A stretch of 64,000 bases of DNA from Octopus vulgaris (lineage: Eukaryota). A program made the position numbers and the translations under genes. The stretch lies in the NCBI GenBank assembly GCA_951406725.2, contig OX597831.1, positions 46,934,001-46,998,000 on the forward strand, given 5' to 3'. Numbering within the stretch: position 1 is the first letter of the stretch; each line of letters begins with the position of its first letter. Under the pieces are notes generated by a model. That model had not been told where the DNA came from and made no database searches. It worked only from the letters and a program-made list of their open reading frames with translations. Below are positions 1-12,199 of the stretch, in pieces.

Positions 1-425
1 TCGAACATTAAGTTGTACATTAAGTTAACTGATTCGAAGTTTCAGATTAATTGCCGTCATCAGACCGTAACTAAGGTCGTTCATACCTTGTATATAGTTT
101 TTTTTATAGCGTAAATGTCATCTGCTGGGTGGAGCAACGTTATTTGCAAATTAACTGCAGTGTGAATGTATTTGTAGGAATAAAGGGAAGTGATTGCATA
201 TGAAGAGAAGGCAGAGTAAGAGGAGAAAAGTATGTGTTTATAGGGTGGAGCTGGAGAAAAAGGATAGTAAACATTTTTCTTTGTCAAAATGGTTGTGCTA
301 GTTTGAGAGCGTCTCTTAGCTGGTTGTATATTTAGTGTTAGAGATTGTTGTTTATTAATATGTTGTTGTGTGTGTTCACTGGAGCATGTATGTAAAACCA
401 GGCGAAGGGATATATATATATATAA

Positions 426-462
<37 letters not shown>

Positions 463-549
463 GAGAGAGATTGTTTACACAATATGAATGTAGAAGCTTC
501 GAAAATGGTGCAATAATTAGTGTTAAACTGTTTAATTCAAACTGTTAAA

Positions 550-607
<58 letters not shown>

Positions 608-610
<3 letters not shown>

Positions 611-738
611 ATCCAAACATGAAAACACAATGAGAAAACACAACAACGCCAGGACGTGGAACAAGTATAGCATTATTGGACGCTCAGGAAAGAAGGAGGG
701 TTTAACGTTTCGAGCGGAGCTCTTCGTCAGAAACATAG

Positions 739-742
<4 letters not shown>
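608..742 (-). mobile_element. Penelope-like element terminal (pLTR) fragment carrying a minimal hammerhead motif
   Basis: Lies between (TA)n and (CA)n tracts; minus strand reads gtttCTGACGAaGAGCtccGCTCGAAAcgttaaac, the minimal hammerhead layout known from PLE pLTRs. Confidence 0.6.
700..734 (-). ncRNA. Minimal type I hammerhead ribozyme motif
   Basis: Core CUGACGA and GAAA, stem II GAGC/GCUC, stem I GUUU/AAAC, loopless palindromic stem III (ACGU), GUU triplet. Confidence 0.6.
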
Positions 743-823
<81 letters not shown>

Positions 824-825
824 CT

Positions 826-1130
826 TGTATAAAGATTTATACACAGTGAGAAGATCTTTGACGGGATTCTTTACATACTAAAAAGGGCAGTTAAAGCCCA
901 AACCACGAAAAAGTGAATTCATAAGGCACGCGGTTAATGACACTAGAGTCAATAAAATTTTTTATTTCTTTGGCTATTAATAGTGAAACTCGAGTACAAG
1001 ATTAACTAATTCATATTTGTTCACTCTAGTGTCATTAACAGCGTACCTTATGAATTCTTTTTTTCGTGGTTTGGGCTTTAACTGCCCTTTTTAGCATGTA
1101 AGGAGTCTCTTGTGTATAAATCTTTATACA
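826..1130. repeat. Imperfect inverted repeat (about 826-956 vs 1016-1130), probable PLE end with inverted 5' copy
   Basis: aaaagggcagttaaagcccaaaccacgaaaaa is the reverse complement of ttttcgtggtttgggctttaactgcccttttt; the spacer contains GAAACTCGAGTA. Confidence 0.7.
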
Positions 1131-1424
1131 CTCTTACATTTAAAAATATGTTATGTCTTGTGACTTTTATTACGCATGCTAACCATTGGTAATAAATTAT
1201 TTTAATTTAATTCCGGATGAAATAGAAGACAGGTATTATGTTGGGAGGAAAAGAGTGACAGAATGGATGAGTGAGTGTGTATGTGTATGTGTGTGTGTGC
1301 TTGCGCGCGCACGCGTCTTCACAGAACGATCAAGCGATCGTTTCAGTCTACAAAGGTATTTTCAAGAGCAATTAAAAATCCACTCTGTAAGTTGAACCGA
1401 TCATACTGAAGCATCTTGAATAAT

Positions 1425-2297
<873 letters not shown>

Positions 2298-2485
2298 ACA
2301 CGCATGCTGATTCCACTCGAGGATCACATGTGCAAGTATCTGTAGAATATTCAGCTTCGTAATACTGTGAACAAAGTTCTGTTGATTAGACAACCGCACA
2401 ACTCGAATATACAACTCGAATATACATCGACAAAACCCGTTCGTAGAGGCATGAGCCTTTCATGAGCATTGATAGATTTGAATAG

Positions 2486-2548
<63 letters not shown>

Positions 2549-3289
2549 CATAAGCGGACATGTGAACGTGGTGTGTTTAACTATGTGTTATCATTTAGAT
2601 TTCAAGTGCATAATGATGTATTAGAGCGTATCTGTTTGTATGTATATCTGTATAAGTATGTGTGTGTGTGTGCGTGTATGTGTGCGCGTGCATATACGTG
2701 TGTATATGTATTTGTGCTTATAAGTGAATATACGTGTGTGTTTTGTGATAACATTTTTTATCTGTCAGATTCTTTATTTAATTAGCATGCTAGTTCGTAT
2801 ATACTTAGATGGATGTATCTGCTCTGAAAAGTGGGTAGGGATACCTTAACACAATATATGTTTTCATGTAGAGACACGCAAAAGAGAAAAGGTCAATATT
2901 GTGTGATTAAATTTCAGGGTCGCTTCTGTGTCAGTGGTAAGTTATCATTTCACGAAAAATTTCCAGCGAACGATTTGCAAAGTGCCAGTAATTTAAGGTC
3001 GATTGTACTTAATCGAAAAAACATAACTGAATTTGTAAGCTTAAAAGTACAATTTGGTTTCATAAAAATCACTTAACTGTTCGTTCAGAGAGGTAATTTT
3101 TTTTTAAATGAGCGAAGTAAAATAAGTGAAGTAGACGAGTGACTTTTATTTGAATAAATAATTTTTGGCCGATGTATTGAATAATGTACAGAGGAAAAAT
3201 TTCTAAATAAACTAACTGGAATTTTCCTTTCGAATAAAAAATATATATCACGTGTAGGATTAAAAGAAATTTCCAGTTCAACACATACT

Positions 3290-3673
3290 GGGAAGCACTC
3301 CGTCGGTTACGACGACGAGGGTTCCGGTTGATCCGATCAACGGAACAGCCTGCTCGTGAAATTAACGTGTAAGTGGCTGAGCACTCCACAGACACGTGCA
3401 CCCTTAACGTAGTTCTCGGGGATATTCAGCGTGACACAGAGAGTGACAAGGCTGGCCCATTGAAATACAGGTACAACAGAAACAGGAAGTAAGAGTGAGA
3501 GAAAGTTGTGGTGAAAGAGTACAGCAGGGATCACCACCATCCCCTGTCGGTGCCTCGTGGAGCTTTAGGTGTTTTCGCTCAATAAACACTCACAACGCCC
3601 GGTCTGGGAATCGAAACCGCGATCCTATAACCGCGAGTCCGCTGCCCTAACCACTGGGCCATTGCGCCTCCAC
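3290..3673 (-). mobile_element. tRNA-derived SINE, family A (about 385 bp), full length
   Basis: Head GGCCCAGTGGTTAGG...GGTTTCGATTCC (A/B boxes); 12-bp TSD tcaacacatact; near-identical copies at 10962, 37981, 40949 and 49515. Confidence 0.9.
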
Positions 3674-3972
3674 TCAACACATACTACGTAGTAAATTAAA
3701 AAGGAGAGTTACGTATGTAAACCATATATATTTACACTTACGATCGCGAGATCGTGGTTTCAAATTCTATACGGGGCAGTGCATTTTGACATTGAGCAAA
3801 ACACTTCTCACGTTATTCTGCGATCAGGTACACCGTGCACCTGTTTAGGCAACGTCGATTTGATAGAGAGGGTGAGGTATCGTGCAGCACATATATTTGA
3901 CCTCTATGAACAAATCATTTGTGCAGGTCGTTCGGCGTTCAACGGGAGAGTCCATGTTATATGTATATATAA

Positions 3973-4283
3973 CCGTGATCACCGTGACCGACCAGGCTAT
4001 CAGATGTTGCTACACATCGCTGGTCACAATGCGCCTCGCATTGTTTTAGCGCCTTCAGATGACGCCACCCCGCTGGCGAAGTGAGCCGGCCAACAGAAGA
4101 AAGAGTGAGAGAAAGTTGTGGCGAAAGAGTACAGCAGGGAATGCCACCACTCCCTGCCGGAGTCTCGTGGAGCTTTTAGGCGTTTTCGCTCAATAAACAC
4201 TCACAATGTCCGGTCTGTGAATCGAAACCGCGAACCTACAACCGCGAGTCCAATGCCCTAACCACTGGACCATTGCGCCTCCA
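3973..4283 (-). mobile_element. SINE family A-related subfamily
   Basis: Same head and body as family A with a different 3' end; a related copy lies at 28520-28853. Confidence 0.8.
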
Positions 4284-4430
4284 CACACACACACACACAC
4301 ACACATATATGTATATACATATATATATACATATATACATATATATATATTCATATACATATATACATATATACACATATACATATATATACACATATAC
4401 ATATATACACATATACATGTATACATCTAT

Positions 4431-4551
<121 letters not shown>

Positions 4552-4969
4552 TTTACCCTTTTCGGAGGCAATAAAATAAGAACCATTTGAGTACTGAGGT
4601 CGATGTAATATTGATTTACCACCTTCCCTGAATTTGCCTGCCTTCTGTCAAAGTTTGAATCCAATATTCCTTGCAATAACAGGCGAAACCTCTACAGCTA
4701 TTCTTCTTTTCGGTTAACCTTGTATATTGTTTTAGCAACATCACGTCGCCCTTGGAGGTTATACCGTGTTAACACTTTTGGAGGGCAGCTGCTGACCACA
4801 TGTGTGATGTCTCCCACAAAAATGTGTCATAATCGAACCTCACCATATGTATTAATCTCAATGACTCACATAGATTGTTGTTGTTGTTGGTGGTGGTGGT
4901 GGTGGTGGTGGTAGTGGTGGTTGACAGAAGTATTCCAGCCTCGAACAAGATATCTGGGACTACATAACC

Positions 4970-5409
4970 CTGTGTTTGTCAACCGGAGTCCATAAGACCC
5001 TTGGGAGCCATATGACCCTTAGCGTTCACATAATATTTTGCTGCTAAAATTTATGTGCAATCTATCGGTTATACTTCTACAATACACAAAACATTTTAAT
5101 AATTTTTCTATACATTTTCCTAATATTTAATTGTAATTAAAATATAATAGTTCATTTCATTGCTGGGGCGCAAGGTAGTTGTCTTATGTTTCCTTTTGAG
5201 TTCAAATCTGCTGAGTAACCTGCCAACGAATCACCTTCATTCCATCATTCCATGCTTTTCGTATGCAAGCCGGCGGGGCTCGACCTTGAGCACTCTAATT
5301 TTTTCACGGCTAACGTACAAGCCGCCTCGGACATAGCTCATCGAAGACTATGTGGGTCCACACGGGTAAAATAGAAATCAAAGGGGTGAAAAATGGTTGA
5401 GAGCCACTG
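4970..5409. mobile_element. hAT-like MITE (decayed) containing an rRNA-derived insert
   Basis: Ends ctgtgtttgtcaacc ... ggttgagagccactg resemble the TIRs of the MITE at 42139-42647. Confidence 0.5.
5239..5333 (-). rRNA. 18S rRNA fragment (V4 region), dispersed pseudogene copy 1
   Basis: attccatcattccatgc...ttgagcactctaattttttcac matches the reverse complement of the conserved 18S stretch TGAAAAAATTAGAGTGYTCAA...GCATGGAATAATGGAAT. Confidence 0.75.
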
Positions 5410-6169
5410 GCGTTCTTTTATTTATTCAGACAATAAGAGTATGATTTGATGTAGAGTTACTTGGTATTTCTACCAATTCAACCTGCTACGTAGTTTTCCC
5501 TCATTATTGGGTACTTTGATTTTTGGTGTTGTTATATTTGTTTAGTTCCAGCTCAGTCTTATTAAACCAAAAATATGGCCAATAGTATTCCAACTGTAAA
5601 CATCCTATTTTTCTTCAGCCATACGCTATATCGACGACTACAATTACAAATGCAGCTTCGTTCACTAAAAAGAGGTGAGGTGTGATTTGAAAATTTGGCA
5701 ACTATTTCTAGGAGGTGGAACAAACTCCTCCGGATAGACTTAAATCCCTGCTCGATGTAGATGGCGCTCGTGATGTTCAGTAGAATTAGAAACGACTCCC
5801 ATCATCAACATCAACGTCAGTAACAACCTTAATTACTGGAAACCTATGACAATGCATTGATCCAAATTGGTTTCCAAAGATTTCAACAATAATTCGATAA
5901 TTTATTTATTTATTTATTTATTTATTTATTATGCGTTACATTTATCATTTTTACAGATTTTTCTAAAAAACAAAGTGTCACAGATTTCTAAATCCATGTT
6001 AATATTTATTTATTTATTTATTTATTTTTATATTATCGGTAGCCGAGTAGCTGAGTGGGTCTATTGATTTTTATGAATGTGTGCTGTTTTTTTTAGCTAT
6101 TTTTATTGATGCTGATAATTGCTTCTTTTATTTTTGTTCATGAGGTTATGTATAAGTGCGTGCATTCAA

Positions 6170-6670
<501 letters not shown>

Positions 6671-6924
6671 ATCGAGAATACTATAGCCTGACTGATATGT
6701 ACGGATATTATGCACTTCTGTATGCATGTATGTGAATGTAGGCTAACAGACACGTGTCAAAACAATTTGAATATTATACACAATTTGGACATTTCGTGTC
6801 AGTTAAGTCAGAACGTCAACATTTCAATTGTATTAGGCTTACTAAATTTAAACTGATCCATTCCCGGTATTTTATTGAAATATGCTAATATTTGCGATTT
6901 CCACGCAGAGGTCATATAAAATGT

Positions 6925-7242
6925 TTTTGTTGTTGTTGTTGTTTGTTCCTTCTCGAGCCACGCCTGGCTCCTAGGGCCGGTTTCCCGGTATCCTTGGCGT
7001 ATAGGCTCCCCCACCTGGACAGGACGCCGGTCCGTCGCAGGTGAGCTGCAAGATGCAGGAGGAAAGAGTGAGAGAAAGCTGTGGCGAAAGAGTCAGCAGA
7101 AGTTCGTCATTACCTTCTGCCGGAGCCGCGAGGAGCTTAGGTGTTTCGCTCGTAAACACACACGTCACCCGGTCTGAGATTCGAACCCGCGATCCCTCGA
7201 CTGCGAGCCCGCTGCTCTAACGACTAGTCCATGTGATTCCAT
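6925..7242 (-). mobile_element. tRNA-derived SINE related to family A, (CAA)n tail
   Basis: Minus strand has GGGTTCGAATCTC B box, the shared ctttctctcactct body and a (caa)n tail. Confidence 0.75.
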
Positions 7243-7644
7243 CACAATTTTAGTAAGACCACTTAATGCAGGATCTAGGTGAGATTTAACCCTGCCTGGG
7301 ATGGTCAATGTGGTTGTCTAATTATATCTCTACCCATGACACCCAACCATATAAAATGTAGTATCCCAAAAATATTAAAAGACAATATCTGAACATCCAA
7401 GTCATACAATCACAAAGAAGAAAACTGTACAAAAATTTCAGTTAGTACTTGACAGGAGCTCCTTTCATTTCAATGACTTCCTGAATATATAGTGGCATTG
7501 AGGAAAACAACTTGTGATATTGTTTGGGTGTGATCGAAACCCAGTGGTCTCCATAGCTCATTTCATTGCTGGGGCGCAAGGTTGTCGTCTTATGTTTTCT
7601 TTTGAGCTCAAATCTGCTGAGTAACCTGCCAACGAATCAACTTG

Positions 7645-7870
7645 ATTCCATCTTTCTATGCTTTTCGTATGCAAGCCGGCGGGGCTCGGCCTTGAGCACT
7701 CTAATTTTTTCACGGCTAACGTACAAGCCACCTCGGACACTCAGCGGAGAGCACCTCAGAGGAATTGTGCAAGCCAAAACGACCGGGGAGGTTGACGGGA
7801 TACCGCAATGCGGACGGCGACGCCCAACCACACCTGCCTCGTGACTCCCGACTGACCCGCGCGAGCGGGG
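7645..7870 (-). rRNA. 18S rRNA fragment (V4 region), dispersed pseudogene copy 2
   Basis: ttgagcactctaattttttcac...ggacactcagcggagagcac parallels the 18S reverse complement; the GC-rich continuation is probably V4 expansion sequence, so the right boundary is uncertain. Confidence 0.7.
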
Positions 7871-9382
7871 AAACTAATCAGCAAACAAGACAGTAGATAT
7901 TTTCTGACTGTACAAGTTCCAAATCTGGCAAGAACAGAAATTATGCATCAAGAGTTGGCTCGTCGGCAGGTGGAAGCCGTTAATGCCTCAAGATCTCTTA
8001 GTAGATTGCTGTGTAGTCTGTGAATCAGAAGAAGCACAATCGTCAAGCACTTGCGTCTGACATGACACTCCAAACCATTACCGACGACGAGGACTTGATG
8101 CTGGTCTACAAGCACTTTAAGGTACCAATGCCTCTCCAGCCTTCTTTTAAACTCTGAAGCTTTGGTTTCTAAATGAGCCAGAAAACATTCTCGTTCACAG
8201 CTACTCAACACTTTGCTTATTCTTCTCCTTTGTCTTTACAGCTACTCAACACTTTGCTTATTCTTCTCCTTAGTCTAAGACAACCTCTAATAATACCGCT
8301 TGTTGCTGAGAAGGAGCTTGGGGTTAGATATTAGGCTGCTGTGCACCACCTTTTGAAGCTGTCTGTGTGTGGTGACACATAATACATTAACGCCTGCCTA
8401 TGTTCCCTCTTCCATATTATCAGACCGTCTCTTTTTTTGCAGTTGCCCCTTTTGCTGGTGCACCTCTTTCTGCAAAACCTTTCCTATATAGGTGATCTTC
8501 TAAAGCGACACTTAGACGGACGACCTTGAAAACAGCGTTTTTAGTGATAGCCAAAAGTTTTTTGTTCTTTTAATGATAATCGTTTTGACAATTGTTAGAT
8601 CAGGAGTCTCGTGTCTGATTAAAGCCCAAGCATTTATAGCAACCAAGTACAATATTAGTAGACTCACCATGCATTTAGAACAAGATCAATTGCAACGCAC
8701 TACACCACACGCCATAAAGAAAAGTTTATATTAAGGGATAACAGATCCGTATATTGTAGAATTACCTAAAAAGATGGAATGCTCATATCGTTACATAAAG
8801 CTACATTTAACATACAAATTTGATGACAGAACACTGAAGGCCAAAATATGAATATGATAACGTGGAACCCTGGCACTCAGAAGATCAAACTGTGGATGTC
8901 AAATTTACATAAACAAAATTCTGGTGCTATAATCTGCATGAACATAAGCCGCCTGCTATAAAGAAGGGAAAGTACAGAGCCATCCCCATGCTATATCATG
9001 ATGATGAGGCAGCGGTGGAAGAACAGAAATATTGATAAAATGCATACAAGAAATTTATTGTTCCAAACGAACCACAAGGGTCTAAACGAAAAAGCCTACT
9101 GAAGAAAATTAAATTAGAACATAGTCGTGTTTCCCATATATAATAACTAAAAGAAAATCTGCTCACAATATATACAAGTATATATATATATATATATATA
9201 TAGAAATTCGGGGTGAGTACTTGATAATTATAAGCACCTGTGTATACCGTTTGGTGGTGTAGGTGGTGGAGTAAATTGATCAAAATAAAATAAAAACATG
9301 ATGCGAAGGATTCAGCGGTATATATATATATATATAGCAATAATAATTCTCTAAACGAGGTATAGACAGTAACTGCTCCATA

Positions 9383-9779
9383 ACATAAGGGACGTTAGCC
9401 ATCCGAATGTGGCTAGGGACAGGGCAGGGCGGTGGGGGTGTTACTGATGCATTTAGCCCCAGGCGATCATCAACGTCACCAGGAGGGGCTGACGCCATCA
9501 CGGCGTCCTCTAGCCTGCAAAGGGAGATCATTCCCCGAAGAAGCGGATGCCACATACGGACCCAGGTTTCAAGGTGTTTGCCTATTATCAACACCTTGAA
9601 ACCTGGGTCCGTATGTGGCATCCGCTTCTTCGGGGAATGATCTCCCTTTGCAGGCTAGAGGACGCCGTGATGGCGTCAGCCCTCCTGGTGACGTTGATGA
9701 TCGCCTGGGGCTAAATGCATCAGTAACACCCCCACCGCCCTGCCCTGTCCCTAGCCACATTCGGATGGCTAACGTCCCT

Positions 9780-9784
<5 letters not shown>
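9383..9784. repeat. Near-perfect long inverted repeat: 196/195-bp arms, 11-nt loop
   Basis: 9383-9578 is the reverse complement of 9590-9784 apart from one G/C indel; loop tgcctattatc; (TA)n nearby on both sides. Confidence 0.95.
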
Positions 9785-9842
<58 letters not shown>

Positions 9843-10245
9843 TTCGCTTTGAGTTCGTGTGTTGAAGCATATTCTGTTGTGTCTAGAGAGAGTCATTTTC
9901 TTTTTGTGTCTTATAATGTAACACATTCACAGGTAAAATTTCCACTTATTTGTTATTTTTATTTTCCTAAAATTTTCGTTGCGTCTTGCAATCTTTTCAA
10001 TAGTCAAGACTAAGAAATAAGTGGAAATTTTACCGGTGAGTGTGTTACATTATAAGGCACAAAAAGAAAATTATTCTCCCAAGTGCCTGTGCACATACGT
10101 ATGCGTGCGTGTTTGTATGCCTATGTGTCTGCTTTTATCTTTTTAAAGATCGATTTATCGCTGTATTTGAATGAATAAATGAAAAATTCAATAACCCTCA
10201 GCAACTACCCACAGGAGTCCACAATGAATTTGCTTGTTTCATATA

Positions 10246-10500
10246 TACGAGGTCCGTTCAAATATTATCAGACTTTATTTTTCCCACCAAAACTAATTTC
10301 GCATCGGCAAAATCCTTTGGATGGGAAGTGACACCACCATTTCTGCGCATGCGTGAAAAGTTTCGCGCTTATAGGTGGCGTCAGTTTCCGGCTGTTACGC
10401 CTAGAGTGCGCGCTTGTCGGATTTTCGTTTCCCCACAAGATGATCGAATGCATCGAGCAGAGACCATAAGCCCATATCTTATCACTAGCGATGAGGGTCT
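10246..10500 (+). mobile_element. Possible Tc1/mariner-derived fragment
   Basis: Starts TA-cgaggtccgttcaaatatta, a mariner-like TIR start; partner TIR not found. Confidence 0.35.
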
Positions 10501-10873
10501 TCATGGAGTCTTAGTGATGGTTTTCTCAGACCACCATATCCTAAGTGATTTCCTTGCGGAGTTGTTGCGCAGTGGATTTGAAAAAGATATTAATGTACAA
10601 GCAGTGAGACGCATGCTGGATTGGTCTCGTTGTTTGTATATTTATTCTATGGCGTCCCTGTTGATAACGACTTCACCAAGTGAATAATGATTTTTAGTTA
10701 CTAAAATAGGTCAGAAACCAAGGTCCAGGAATTAGATGGTAAATGTTTTTTATTTTTCATTCCCTTCGAGAATTTATCCCTAATTAGTGGTTTGGATTTT
10801 AACTGTTTTTTCTAACGTAATGGATTCCTATGATGGAAGCCTCTTAATGTGTTTTAATGTACACTGTATTTAT

Positions 10874-10961
<88 letters not shown>

Positions 10962-10966
<5 letters not shown>

Positions 10967-11342
10967 GGCGCAATGGCCCAGTGGTTAGGGCAGCGGACTC
11001 TCGGTCGTAGGATCGCGGTATCGATTCCCAGACCGGGCGTTGTGAGTGTTTATTGAGCGAAAACACCTAAAGCTCCACGAGGCTCCGGCAGAGATGGTGG
11101 TGATCCCTGCTGTACTCTTTCACCACAACTTTCTCTCACTCTTACTTCCTGTTTGTGTTGTACCTGTATTTCAAAGGGCCGGCCTTGTCACTCTCTGTGT
11201 CACGCTGAATATCCCCAAGAACTACGTTAAGAGTGCACGTGTCTGTGGAGTGCTCAGCCACTTACACGTTAATTTCACGAGCAGGCTGTTCTGTTGATCG
11301 GATCAACCGGAACCCTCGTCGTCGTAACCGACGGAGTGCTTC

Positions 11343-11345
<3 letters not shown>
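10962..11345 (+). mobile_element. tRNA-derived SINE family A
   Basis: Full-length copy matching 3290-3673. Confidence 0.9.
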
Positions 11346-11390
<45 letters not shown>

Positions 11391-12199
11391 TATTATATAT
11401 ACATAAATATGTGTGTGTGTGTAGAGTGGAGAGAGACATATATAAATATACATATATTTATATATGTACATAGAAGTATGTATGCACGTGGGTTTGTATT
11501 CTTATTTTTATTTACTCCAAAATAGATTTGTCGCTCGAAACATTAGAATGAATAAATGAATATTGAATAACTGAATTAAATGTTAAAATCATTCGTAATT
11601 AAAAGCTGATATTTTTAGAAATAAATTAATTATTTGATACATATACGAAAAAGTACCGGAAATTTTCTCTTTTTTCCTCACAGAATTTTATTCTATTTCC
11701 ATTGAATTTGTGATTTTATTTTTTTTTTCTGATTTATCAAGTCTTTTATTTTTGTTGTTTTTGTGTCTGTCTTGTTTTGATTCCATTCTTGTGTATATAT
11801 GTCTGTGTGTATGTATGTAGTGTGAGTGTGTGTGCGCGCGTTCTAAACTTTGCTAAAAATAACTCTCCATTATTAATGTGGCTAAATATACTTTCCTGTA
11901 CAAATATATATTACCGATAACAAAATTTTATTTTAGATTATTTTTTTTTCTTCTTTACATAACTACAAACCCACACATTTATAAATGAAAGATGCTTTTC
12001 CGGTTTAATTGAAATGTAATACATTTTGCATATACTCTATCTATTCTCACCTCTTACCCAATGGAAAAGAAAACTTGCACGCGGAGTGGATTTGAACTCG
12101 TGACGTGAAAGGAAGTAACAAAATGCTTCTAATGCATTTTGTCGGACTCGATCACACTAGTTTAACTAATTAATTAATTGACCAATTTTAATAATAATC

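Noticed and set aside
30-70. Minus-strand CTGATGA...GAAAC hammerhead-like motif
   Set aside because: Stem II does not pair properly and there is no clear stem I; at most a decayed pLTR relic.
3600-3673. tRNA genes at SINE heads
   Set aside because: A and B boxes are present but run into SINE bodies with TSDs, and no complete cloverleaf is supportable.
7948-8480. Possible coding region on the minus strand with a 41-bp tandem duplication
   Set aside because: It is interrupted and has no motif I can name; probably a decayed retroelement.
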